DNA of 64,000 bases, taken from the NCBI RefSeq assembly GCF_001194135.2, contig NC_068990.1, forward strand, positions 9,897,804 to 9,961,803, given 5' to 3'. Below are positions 43,432 to 55,055 of the stretch, piece by piece. The position numbers and the translations under genes were made by a program. This DNA is from Octopus bimaculoides (Eukaryota). How positions within the stretch are numbered: the stretch's first letter is position 1; each line of letters opens with the position of its first letter. The notes under the pieces were generated by a model, which worked only from the letters and a program-made list of their open reading frames with translations, did not search any database and was not told the origin of the DNA.

Positions 43432-43493
43432 TACCAGGGGGAGCGAACTCAGTTTCAAGTTGTTTGGCTCATCTTTAGCCGCGAGCATCTGCG
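43432..43493 (-). ncRNA. Degenerate, likely inactive hammerhead copy
   Basis: The reverse complement reads CGCAGATGCTCGCGG-CTAAAGA-T-GAGC-CAAACA-ACTT-GAA-ACTG-AGT-TCGCT and aligns without gaps to the + copy. G5 is replaced by A, and stems II and III are disrupted. Confidence 0.7.
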
Positions 43494-43753
43494 CATTGGA
43501 GTGATAGCTAAGATCCGATTCTGCTAGCAATATATTGTAAAGAAAGTGACCATCATCAATCACTTTACTGCTTAGTATACGTTTCTACTCTATCTCTTCT
43601 TCAGATTTTATAACCAGCTATTTCGTTTGTTGCAAATCAGTGACAGATGTACACTCTGTTTACAATATATCGCAAGAAGAAGCGGATCATAGTTATCACT
43701 CCCGTTCGCAGGTGCGTGCGGCTGAAGATGAGCGAAACAGCTCGAAACTGGGT
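43447..43753. repeat. Inverted repeat pair, 108-bp arms (43447-43554 and 43646-43753), 91-bp spacer
   Basis: A manual ungapped alignment gives 87/108 identities. Each arm contains a hammerhead core, and the two cores point away from each other. Confidence 0.9.
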
Positions 43754-43770
43754 CAGTGCCGCGGTCCTGC
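43708..43770 (+). ncRNA. Type I hammerhead ribozyme (predicted), GUG at the cleavage triplet
   Basis: Folded by hand. Stem I: GCAGG 43708-12 / CCTGC 43766-70 and GCGG 43718-21 / CCGC 43759-62, with an internal loop. Core CTGAAGA 43722-28 plus an extra T. Stem II: GAGC 43730-33 / GCTC 43740-43, loop GAAACA. GAA 43744-46. Stem III: ACTG 43747-50 / CAGT 43754-57, loop GGT. N17 = G43758. Confidence 0.8.
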
Positions 43771-43911
43771 TAGCTGGTGCAGGGTAGTAGTTGTTCGCGC
43801 CTCCTGTTACCGTTTTATTGTATATAACGTTTGCAGAGCGTACACCGAAAACCAAGTGGTGGAGTATCTGCTTGGGGTTATACTGCCACTTTGATGTTGC
43901 GACTTACTTTA

Positions 43912-43966
<55 letters not shown>

Positions 43967-44072
43967 AATTTCAAAAAAGGATAAAACTCGTTTACAAGAA
44001 TGTTATCAAGAAGCCAGTGTGTAAAAAAATTCATTAGGGAAATTTCTATTCCCAACAATATAATTATTCGTT

Positions 44073-44285
44073 TATATTTATATAAAGGGCATTATTATAG
44101 AAAAATAATAACGCCACACAGTGGACTTCTCAAATAATAACCACATTTAGTACCTATGCGAGGAAAAAACAACCAACAGAAGATGACCAACTTTCTCGCA
44201 TAGGTACTAAATGTGGTTATTTTTTGAGAAGTCCACTGTGTGGCGTTATTATTTTTCTATAATAATGCCCTTTATATAAATATAT
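44073..44285. mobile_element. Fold-back/MITE-like element with about 90-bp inverted arms
   Basis: 44073-44162 matches the reverse complement of 44195-44285 with one mismatch. The loop is 32 nt and the ends are TA-rich. Confidence 0.8.
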
Positions 44286-44305
44286 ATATATATATGTGTG
44301 TGTGT

Positions 44306-44343
<38 letters not shown>

Positions 44344-45714
44344 CTGAGAATCGGCATTCATGATGACCATGTTATGTGTCACGACCTTAATACTTTCCCC
44401 TGAGCATTGAGTAGCATTGATAATATGGGTATTTTAACTGATGGTGCCAATCATCGTGATACAGACGACCTATTTCCAATAACCGTATAGCTTCCATTCC
44501 TCCGTATCAATAAGTGTTTTCTCAACAAATAATTTTATATTTTATGCACTCCAACACAAGTGACTGGTCGTCAATATATGAAGCTGTTCCTGAAAAAAAA
44601 ATACGAAATAAATCTTCGAATTTTGCCGAACTCCTTTAATTCAACTACATTTTACGTCCTTTTATATTAAGTATATAACTACGTATATAACTTCACAATA
44701 TGCAATTTACGCCAAGACAAGTAAACAAGGAATGTATTAATCATGAAACTATGGCTGCATTGTTCGTCATCAGGCTTCAGTGCATCCCTAGGAGAGTTTC
44801 TATATATATTGTAATGAAATATTCGGAAGTTAAAATATATCATTTTTACATAGAGCTGCTCAGAAAAGTGCAAGAACAAACAAATGCTTGGACAAATTTA
44901 ACATCGGTAGTCATACCATTTTGGACGACTAAAAACGCGAATGTCTTAGTAAGAAATTCTCCTTTGTTTATGCGTGTACTTAGTCCACACTATATTGACT
45001 GAATAAAGTATGTAACAATAAAAGTATATTGATCAAATTCTTATTTGCATCAAGATTACAGTTGGATTCTCCGACTTATATATAGCAAGTATACATTCAG
45101 AATACCATTCCGAAAATGAATTCCAACCAAGATTTCTGTCTGACTGAAGCCTCTGAAAAGATTTCCATTATAAGCGTGTCTCTTTCATAAGGATTTTAAG
45201 GCAATACATGTAAGATCTCTTATATAGATTAAAATCACAACTGCAAAGTGTATTTGAAAAAAACAAAAAAATTAGAGAATTTATGCACTTATATTTAACA
45301 CGAACATCTGTGACATGTTATACAATAACGATTGCTATGTATGTCGGTAAGTGGATACAGATTGAACACCAGAGACTTGTGTGTAGTCAATACATACATA
45401 TTATACACGATATACAGAAGATTCTACAGTATAAAGGCATTATATCTTGTTTAACTAATTGTTTAACAGAAGTTTATTGATGTCAGTATAAAAACGTAAG
45501 GTGTCTAACGAATGCATTAAACAATTATGCGATATTAGTAAATTAGTACTTGCTCCTGAGCACTACCAAAACACCAAAGAGAAATAGTTATGCCACTGAC
45601 CGCAAAAGCAACGTTGTTAACATTTCAATAATCAGTAGAAGGCACAATTAATAGATGCAGAAGGTGCGACAGCAAGAGCAACTGCTGCAGTAGCAGCAAT
45701 TGTCATAGGTATAA

Positions 45715-45865
45715 TCCTCACTACTAAAGACACAATGCCTGAAATGTACGGGAAGTGGCAATTCGATTCCGTCGACTCCAATACAGAACTAGTACTGATT
45801 ATATCGCCTTTGAATGGTTGAAGGACATTGTCTGCCTCCGCTGAATTTGAACTCAGGACGAAAAG
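45715..45865 (-). mobile_element. Decayed family B SINE
   Basis: CTCCAATACAGAACTAGTACTG...GCTGAATTTGAACTCAGGACG. Confidence 0.55.
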
Positions 45866-46605
45866 AACAAAAAAAGAACATAATTATTTTCCGGCTTGCA
45901 AATAGTTCTATTAATAGATGATTGACAATAACAACATATACTTGATGTTTGTTGTTAATTCACTTCGTTAAGTATCAAGAATTAATAGTAGATTAATAGG
46001 AAAGATGCGCAGAAAAATGAGCACAATCTAAGACACCTGAACGTTTTTGATATTAGATTGATTTAAGTAATAACCAAAGACAAACAACATAAAAACAGTG
46101 TTCTTAAGACGCTTTACATTATTTCCCGACTATAGGTACATTTCACACGTTTTTGCTTTATTTCATTTGTACAGGCAAATTACAATTACACGCATTCGCT
46201 TGAATATGTAAGTTGTATTGTATCTGGCTCATGCATTTTACTTACAATAAATAAATATATTCAGCTGTTATTTTTCTGCGAAAATTTTATCAGCTCTACG
46301 CACATGAGGAAATTCATTTTAGGTTTATATTCCAGATAGACAGAAAATATAATTACGTTTAGATTTAAATGAATGAAAAGGGTTTCAGTTTCGAAGGTTG
46401 ATATCGAGTACTATAAAATCTGTATTTTTGTCTCTCGCAATAAAATTTATATGCATCAACATCATATAATATACATAACAGTATGAGCCAAAACACAGAT
46501 ATATGTGTGTATCTATATTTCTTTATGCATGTATGCATACGCACATACAAAAACACACACGCACCCACATGCGCGCACATACAGACATATATACGTATAT
46601 ATCTT

Positions 46606-46690
<85 letters not shown>

Positions 46691-46834
46691 ACGTACACGT
46701 GTACTAATTTCTATGTATCTTCAGTTAAATTATGTAACTTACGCAAGTTCAGGTAAGATTGGTTTAATCGTCATTACAACATGAAACACACCGTAATTTG
46801 TGAATACCAGTAAAATGTTAGGAGATTTAAATTT

Positions 46835-47207
46835 GTGGCACTCCGTCGGTTACGACGACGAGGGTTCCTGTCAATCCGATCAACGGAACAGCCTGTTCGT
46901 GAAATTAACGTGCAAGTGACTAAGCATTCCACAGACACGTGTACCCTTAATGTAGTTCTCGGGGAGATTCAGCGTGACACAGAATATGACAAAGCTGGCC
47001 CTTTGAATTACAGGTACAACAGAAACATGAAGAAAGACTGAGAGAAAGTTGAGGTGAAAGAATACAGTAGGATTCACTACTATCCCTCGTGACACTTTAG
47101 GTGTTTTCTCTAAATAAACACTCACAACGCCCGGTCTGGGAATCGAAACCGCGATCCTACGACCGCGAGTCCGCTGCCCTAATCACTCGGCCATTGCGCC
47201 TCCATAG
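46835..47207 (-). mobile_element. tRNA-derived SINE, family C, well preserved
   Basis: The minus-strand head GGAGGCGCAATGGCCGAGTGATTAGGG...GGTTTCGATTCCCAG has A- and B-box motifs and intact CpGs. Confidence 0.8.
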
Positions 47208-47461
47208 GAGATTTAATAATTCCCGAAATAATGCAGTTCATGAAATTCTTTGTTAGCCGTAATATCTTGCAGCTGTTTCCGTTCTTTAGAAACCTAAATC
47301 TACTGCATTTTACTTTCACTGTAGGAGAGTATGTAAAATACGAGATCGAGCAGTACTTATAGATAGATGCAATATTTCATACAAGAACAACGATAATTCA
47401 CAGTTTCCCCAAACTAATTTTTGTTAACTACAAAGCAGAAATCGAGTTCTATATTTCAGAG

Positions 47462-47576
47462 ATGAAGAAATTTTATATTAATAGTGTAGAAATCGTTAAT
47501 GAAGAAATTTTATATTGATAGTGTAGAAATCGTTAATGAAGAAATTTTATATTAATAATGTAGAAATCGTTAATGA
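47462..47576. repeat. 37-bp minisatellite, 3 copies
   Basis: Unit ATGAAGAAATTTTATATTAATAGTGTAGAAATCGTTA, with single-base variants. Confidence 0.95.
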
Positions 47577-49234
47577 TATAAAACTGTATGATCGGCATCA
47601 TCTTAAAACTTCTATTTAGTCACAAACAAAAGAAAAACAAAACAATTGTGTATGGTAAAGGAGAGTTCAGCTAACCGATGTTATATGATTGGTGTTTCAC
47701 TAGTACTTTGCTTCTTCTTTGTTTCTCTGAGTACTTTTATATTTCACTATTCCATACCAATCCGTCCATCCGTCCGTCCGTCAGTCTATCTGTCTGACCA
47801 TCTGTGTGTCTATCTATCTATCTTTCTATCTGTGCTCGTTCATACACACACACACGGAAACATATGTATATATATGCATAATGTGGATAAATACATAAAT
47901 GTTTCTGGCATTTAACCTACTGCATACTGTACAGGAGACCTTTGTTATCTAACCTACGACATAAGTTGTAATAACAATATATCTGCCATTTTAATTTAAT
48001 GGCATTGATATGATATTCAAATTTGTTTTATAAGTAAATTGGATGTTGGTCAATTGTTATTCCAGAATAACTGAAAGGTTATATTTGTATAGTTTGAACC
48101 CAAATTAAGGCCAAATACCTGAATATACAAAATTTGTCATGAAAATATGCGTAGTATATAGATTATACGTTCTATTTTTATGTTGAATTTTCTGTCAAAT
48201 GCATACTTTTCAATTCCCATTTCGCGTAAACTTTATTTCATCATCATACATGATAACAAATGCGCCAATGATGCATAGAGGCCAATATCTAAAATAACTG
48301 GGTGTCTTTCCATCTTATGGATAATTTGATGTCACTATAAAAACGATCAGACATCAATCACAAATGCGTGTGTCAGTCGTTTAAATTGCAAAAAATATTT
48401 TACACTGTATAACCAGGATTAATGTACATTTGCGAACGTTGAAGTAGGTAATACTATAAATATAAATTGCTTTATATTTGAAATATATTGCCAAACTTTT
48501 GATTATGTTATAATATGCATTTTATTCAAGATATTTTCGTATAACTCTAATTTAGGATAGAAGAAAATGGAATATTCCAGTGAAAAATAATTCTTTATTT
48601 TTGATGTTCTGTTTATTGTTCGTAACTGAAACGAATAGAATCAAACTCTGCCATAGTTTTATAGAATACGCATTGCTTTTAATTCAGTTGAATAATGTAG
48701 GTAAAATATAATAGTTGAGTAGAGTTATTCAAATGAGACGATGCTTTAAGGAATTACGTCTATTTGTTTTTAAAATTAAACCTAACATGGTAAGAATTGC
48801 GTCTTCATTTATTCACTGTCCAGTATTAACTTCAGCCATCTTCAATACAGTATCCTTTATAGTAGAGTTATTTAAAAAGCGAGCATAAGGAATAATGTCA
48901 TGTATCTGTTGATTACACTTGAAATATGTGGTGTCATTTCTAATACATTTATTGGATGAAAACTATAATATAATCCTGACCACATTTTAAGCTAACCTTT
49001 TTCAGCGCAGATGATTCTATGGACATATAAAAATTTTTGTTTATTAATGTCAAAAAGGCACATGAACTGGTTCAGTATATCTAAGCAATCTTTTATGTGA
49101 TTCATTTCTGTCATCTTATTCAAAAGATGACAGTTAAAAGATAGTTAATGAGCGATGTTCCATTTTTATACATTGAAAATAATATATTTTATTTAATTAT
49201 TTAAAACATGAAATGGGTCTAAAGGTGAACCGGC

Positions 49235-49440
49235 TTTTTCTTCCATGGTTGCAGGAGTGGAAATTTGGGGAAACAGGGCAAATCAATTACAAAGGCCTCA
49301 CTGCTCAACAGGTATTCATTTCATTAACTCCCCAAAAGACGAAAGTTGACCTCGGCAAAATTCGCACCCAGAACGCAAAGCTCCTAAATAAATGCTGCTA
49401 AGCATTTTGTCAGGTATGCTAACGATTCCCCCAGCTCATC
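49235..49440 (-). mobile_element. Decayed family B SINE
   Basis: AAAGTTGACCTCGGCAAAATTCG...TGCTAAGCATTTTGTC. Confidence 0.55.
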
Positions 49441-50230
49441 GTATCGGAAAAAAACTTATAATCATAAATGGTTAAAAACAAATTATAATTCTTAGCGTGT
49501 GTTTATAGGTGATATCAATAATGTCTTTATGCAGCACTTAAAGGATGGAAACAATGGTACCAAGTTAACCTGGCGACGTGGTTCATTTCAGTTTAAAACA
49601 AAATAAGCTGAAATTTGTGCATGATAGTAATAGGAATGAGTTAACTATAAGCTAGGGCAATGTAATGAAAATGTGTTAGGATAACATAAAATTATAACAT
49701 TATCATTATGTACATTAGTATGATTACCATACGCCAAACCGGTCGTCAAAGTAAATATTTTGCTTCATAATTATATTTTTTCCATCGTACAATTTCTGTG
49801 CATTTTCCCTTTTATCTATTTACGATTTATCACTTTATCACATAGTAAGATTTTCTCAAAACATTTGTTTGTCTGCTTGTCTGTCTGTCTCACTCGAGCT
49901 CGCTCTGTGTGCATATATGTATATATATATATATATATATNNNNNNNNNNNNNNNNNNNNNNNNNNNNNNNNNNNNNNNNNNNNNNNNNNNNNNNNNNNN
50001 NNNNNNNNNNNNNNNNNNNNNNNNNNNNNNNNNNNNNNNNNNNNNNNNNNNNNNNNNNNNNNNNNNNNNNNNNNNNNNNNNNNNNNNNNNNNNNNNNNNN
50101 NNNNNNNNNNNNNNNNNNNNNNNNNNNNNNNNNNNNNNNNNNNNNNNNNNNNNNNNNNNNNNNNNNNNNNNNNNNNNNNNNNNNNNNNNNNNNNNNNNNN
50201 NNNNNNNNNNNNNNNNNNNNNNNNNNNNNN

Positions 50231-50262
<32 letters not shown>

Positions 50263-50699
50263 GATGTATATAAGTATATATAAACACAGTTATACATATA
50301 CAAACATACACATGCAAACACAGAACTGCATGCACATACACACACATTATACACATGCTAGGATGTTTTCAATATATCTTTCAGTTTATTTTGATGATTT
50401 GAATTTTTATACGCATTACAACATTTTTCCCTTTTTATATATTAACTATAGAAAATAATATGTCTTGTCGGGTGTTAACCTGTGACAATAGCTGGTAAAA
50501 TGATATCTTAAAATATTTTCTGTGTCTTCCTTCGACTGGCAAAATTTCTGAAGTACAGGACAGTGTATTTTGCTAGAACTCGACAATCTGTCACATACAC
50601 GTTTCTATGCTTCATACAAGAGAACACTGCTCTGGTATCCTTTCCTCTATAGTAGACGCTATTTTGCTCAAAATACAAATGGATTTTCATAAGACTTCT

Positions 50700-50920
50700 T
50701 GCTCATACTTTCAAATTTAGGCCAAATGCCGGCAATTTCGACAGAGGGGATTAGTCGATAACATTGACTTCAGTACACAACCGGTATTTATATTATCAAT
50801 TCCGAAAGAATGAAAGGCAAAGTCATCCCTGTTGGCGTTTGAGCTCAGAATGTAAGGTCGGAAGAAATACCGCTAATCATTTTTTCCCGGCGCTGGAAAG
50901 ATTCTGCTAGCTTGCCGCAC
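50700..50920 (-). mobile_element. Family B SINE
   Basis: AGTCGATAACATTGACTTCAGTACACAACCGGTATTTA...TGAAAGGCAAAGTC...TTTGAGCTCAGAA. Confidence 0.7.
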
Positions 50921-53065
50921 TCAGAGTGATTAGTAATATTGAAACGTGTATGAAGTGTACTCTGGTGTAAATATCAAGATGTATGTGTAAAATAGGTCAT
51001 GTAAATGAACGCATATTCGCGATTAAATTGATAAATTCACCAGCAACGTAACGTATTCCTTATTTAATCATTACTGGTTTCCCTGCTTCATAATAAAAAT
51101 CAGTTTGGGAAATGATGAGTTAAAGATGCCATAATAATACGGTAACACAAAAACAAGTGCGCATTCACACCCGCGCATTCGAACGCGCACACACATATAT
51201 ACCCATATACACATGCACATATATCCCCAAATCACCACTGGACAATTGGTTTGGTAAAAATAACGCTGCAGAGTAACATTCAAACAATGTATCTTGGTGA
51301 CGTTATAAATCGCTAACTCAGTAAGTCGGTAACCGAATATAGACCCAGTAACTTAGAAAATACGAGAAACTATAATTAATCTTAAAGTTAACACACATGT
51401 AAAGCATGTTTATATTCTCAATAATTCAAGACTTCAAGATTTATTATTCAGGTGACAGCGGTAACTGCTTGTCATTCCAGAAGGCACAAATGTCGAAAAT
51501 GCACAAACTCCATTTTTAAAAGCAGATAATTGTCACCAAAACACTTGTAATGGTGGTACCTTCAGAAATATATATATATATGTATATNNNNNNNNNNACG
51601 CATACAGTAGAAGGCACAATTAATAGATGCAGAAGGTGCGACAGCAAGAGCAACTGCTGCAGTAGCAGTAATTGTCATAGGTATAATCCTCACTACTAAA
51701 GACACAATGCCTGAAATGTACGGGAAGTGGCAATTCGATTCCGTCGACTCCAATACAGAACTAGTATATATATATATGAATGTATGTGTGTGTATGCGTG
51801 TGTGTACATGTTAAAAACTAAAACTAGGTGCCTGTAAATATATATGTATTATACATCGAAATACATATGTATATGTGTCTGTATTTATAACATTGTTTTT
51901 CGNNNNNNNNNNCTAGGTGCCTGTAAATATATATGTATTATACATCGAAATACATATGTATATGTGTCTGTATATATAACATTGTTTTTCGTCTTTCTGG
52001 GATAAGTGGAGCGGTAAATTAAGCTGCGTTGTAGTTTTAATTTTCCGTTCAAAGATCATAAGTCACAATTTGCACTTTTAGAAAATACCGAATAATGTAC
52101 ATACAGAATTTGTGTGAAACACCTGTTCTTATTATTTTGGTATAAGCCTTGTTTCGATAAAATATGACTGAATGAAATGTAACAGCATGCCAGAATGATT
52201 ATAGATTTTTAAATAATTTGCAAAGACATTGTGGTTAGAACTAATGCACATTTTGAGTGAAATATTTCATCATGATTAGATTGAAACAAAAAAAAATAAA
52301 TGGAAATTATGCCCGAGAGAGATTGCACATAATTTTACAAATATTGTTAAAATGAGAATAATTAAAGTGGCTTTAAAACACTATATCTGTTTAATAATCA
52401 TTCTTCTGAAAGTGTATAATATGGTAGTAATTTTACTAATGTCAATCGATGTTTTGCATTGACCTTAGTCTCTTGAAAAGCATGATATTCATTACACTTA
52501 TACATAAATTATCATAACACTGATTACATAAACTTCAACATTTAACGATGTAATGTGTACAAAAGGGGATGCAATTAAATAAGATTTAATACCATTGAAG
52601 TTAGATTTTATACCATATCGCTAATCACTCTATGCTATTGATGGACTAATGGAATTAATCTCTGAATAATTTAAATGCATGTATCAATTGAGATAAACGC
52701 AAGTACGAATTGGTATAAATATGCACACTTCTATTTACAGATATGCACAAGAACCGACTAACAGGTACGCACACAAACACACAAAAATATATATACATTA
52801 CTATCCTGCCATAAACTATCATACGATCACATACCGAGTAAGAGAGAATTTGCATATGGCTGACAGGGAGTGATGCATATTAGAAATCTGTCAGCTGGGT
52901 CTCAAAGATCTATCATAATATTTGAAGATGTAACTCACCACAATATACAGGCCATAATGGATGTAAATAAATTCTGGATATGTGAAGTCTCCTTCATGAG
53001 AGCACAAAAATATCTTACATTTCTGATCAAGATGTAGATATGCATGTATGTACACACACATACAC

Positions 53066-53114
<49 letters not shown>

Positions 53115-53992
53115 TATATATATATTGGAGCGAACACGTTACAATGAAGTAGAGAAATTTGAAAAGACAACACGAAACCGGTTATTTCTCAAAATACAAT
53201 GTTTATATACCAAAAAGATTTTATAACATTTTTCTAACATTTTTCTGACATAATTTAAATATATACTTTAACCATGTAACACAAGCCTTCTGTAGCTTTT
53301 NNNNNNNNNNNNNNNNNNNNNNNNNNNNNNNNNNNNNNNNNNNNNNNNATATATATATATGTTTCATATATATATATGAAATTTGTTTTCAGAATGAGAT
53401 AAAAAAACAAGGCTATAAATAGAAGGTCTTACGGCTGTTTCCAGGATATTTATCATATCCTTTCATCGGAGACGGTGTGAGAAAATGGTTAAGCAATAGT
53501 TAATTTAGATAAGATACGAAATAGAGAATGAAGAGAAGGAATGAAAATAAATGTAAGATTTGCAGGGATATTGCATTTGTACATCCATTATTTAGGCAGA
53601 ATGTTATACATATAAGATTCCAATACCTTGTGAGTAATTTCCAATAGTATTTGAGATTGGTCTTGCCAAGTATAAAGTTTGTATACAGTGCTATCCTATC
53701 GAGGGTTTTACTTAAAGTGACGTAAAAGTAGGGGATGTATTTGTAAGGTGAAATCGAAAACGGGAAGAGAGGAATAAAGAAAAGAAAGAAAAAAAGTATA
53801 AAGTAAAAACACGGAGAGTAATAATAAAGGCATGAAGACAGAGAAAGTGTACCACTTAGTGGTCAGTCAAGATAACTTGAAAGTAGGAATGGGGAGATGA
53901 GGAGGATACAGAGAGAAAGATATTAGTGTCTAAAAAGGTGATAGGGTAAAGAGTGAAGGGGTGTCAGATAGAAGGAATGGGGGTTATAGAGA

Positions 53993-54034
<42 letters not shown>

Positions 54035-54044
54035 NNNNNNNNNN

Positions 54045-54077
<33 letters not shown>

Positions 54078-54231
54078 AGTATATTAGTGTAACAGGTAAA
54101 GGAGTGTCAGTTATGTAGTGACAGACTCTAAGTGATGGGGAAGAGAAGGGAGTAGTAATATGGTAGAATGAAGAATTTAGGAATATAGATTAGGTGGTTG
54201 GACAGCTCAGTGCTTAGTGGTAGAAGAAGAT

Positions 54232-54341
54232 ATATATATGTGAAGATGTAAGCTGTAAAACCTGTAAGAAAATATATATGTGAAGATATAATCTGTAAGA
54301 CCTGTAAGAAAATATATATGTGAAGATGTAAGCTGTAAGAC
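54232..54341. repeat. 40-bp minisatellite, about 2.7 copies
   Basis: Unit ATATATATGTGAAGATGTAAGCTGTAAAACCTGTAAGAAA. Confidence 0.9.
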
Positions 54342-54558
54342 ATTCTATTTATAAATGTGCTAAAATATTCACAGCCTTGTGTTTTATCTGAATCTGAAAA
54401 AACATTATATATATACCTGCTGATATATGACCTACGCTGGACTCTTTATTCGCACAATCACCGAACCTGGAGCTTAACTATGGTCTATCCATAGCACTTA
54501 CTTAGCATTACCTGACACGTTTGGGTCTTATTGACACCATTATCTTTCATAACATATT

Positions 54559-54589
<31 letters not shown>

Positions 54590-54857
54590 NNNNNNNNNNN
54601 NNNNNNNNNNNNNNNNNNNNNNNNNNNNNNNNNNNNNNNNNNNNNNNNNNNNNNNNNNNNNNNNNNNNNNNNNNNNNNNNNNNNNNNNNNNNNNNNNNNN
54701 NNNNNNNNNNNNNNNNNNNNNNNNNNNNNNNNNNNNNNNNNNNNNNNNNNNNNNNNNNNNNNNNNNNNNNNNNNNNNNNNNNNNNNNNNNNNNNNNNNNN
54801 NNNNNNNNNNNNNNNNNNNNNNNNNNNNNNNNNNNNNNNNNNNNNNNNNNNNNNNNN

Positions 54858-54914
<57 letters not shown>

Positions 54915-55055
54915 ATTTATATACCAGAATAAGCTAATAAATGTGAAACAAGGTAGAAGAAATAATACTCGCAGTAGTAAAGCGTTATATTTTATCACAA
55001 TTATCAGAAAGTATAAACCCCTTTTGAATGCGTCCACCACGAAGGACACTACTGC

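Noticed and set aside
44740-44800. Minus-strand GAAAC...CTGATGA, tested as a type II hammerhead
   Set aside because: No valid stem III with an NUH triplet and no closing stem II.
47090-47207. tRNA-like sequence on the minus strand
   Set aside because: There is no complete cloverleaf and it is attached to a SINE body, so it is treated as a SINE head.
47462-47576. 37-bp repeats considered as a CRISPR array
   Set aside because: The units are head-to-tail with no spacers, in a eukaryotic context.
51824-51991. 79-bp direct duplication flanking a 10-N gap (51824-51902 and 51913-51991)
   Set aside because: This is typical of unmerged overlapping contig ends, so it is an assembly artefact.
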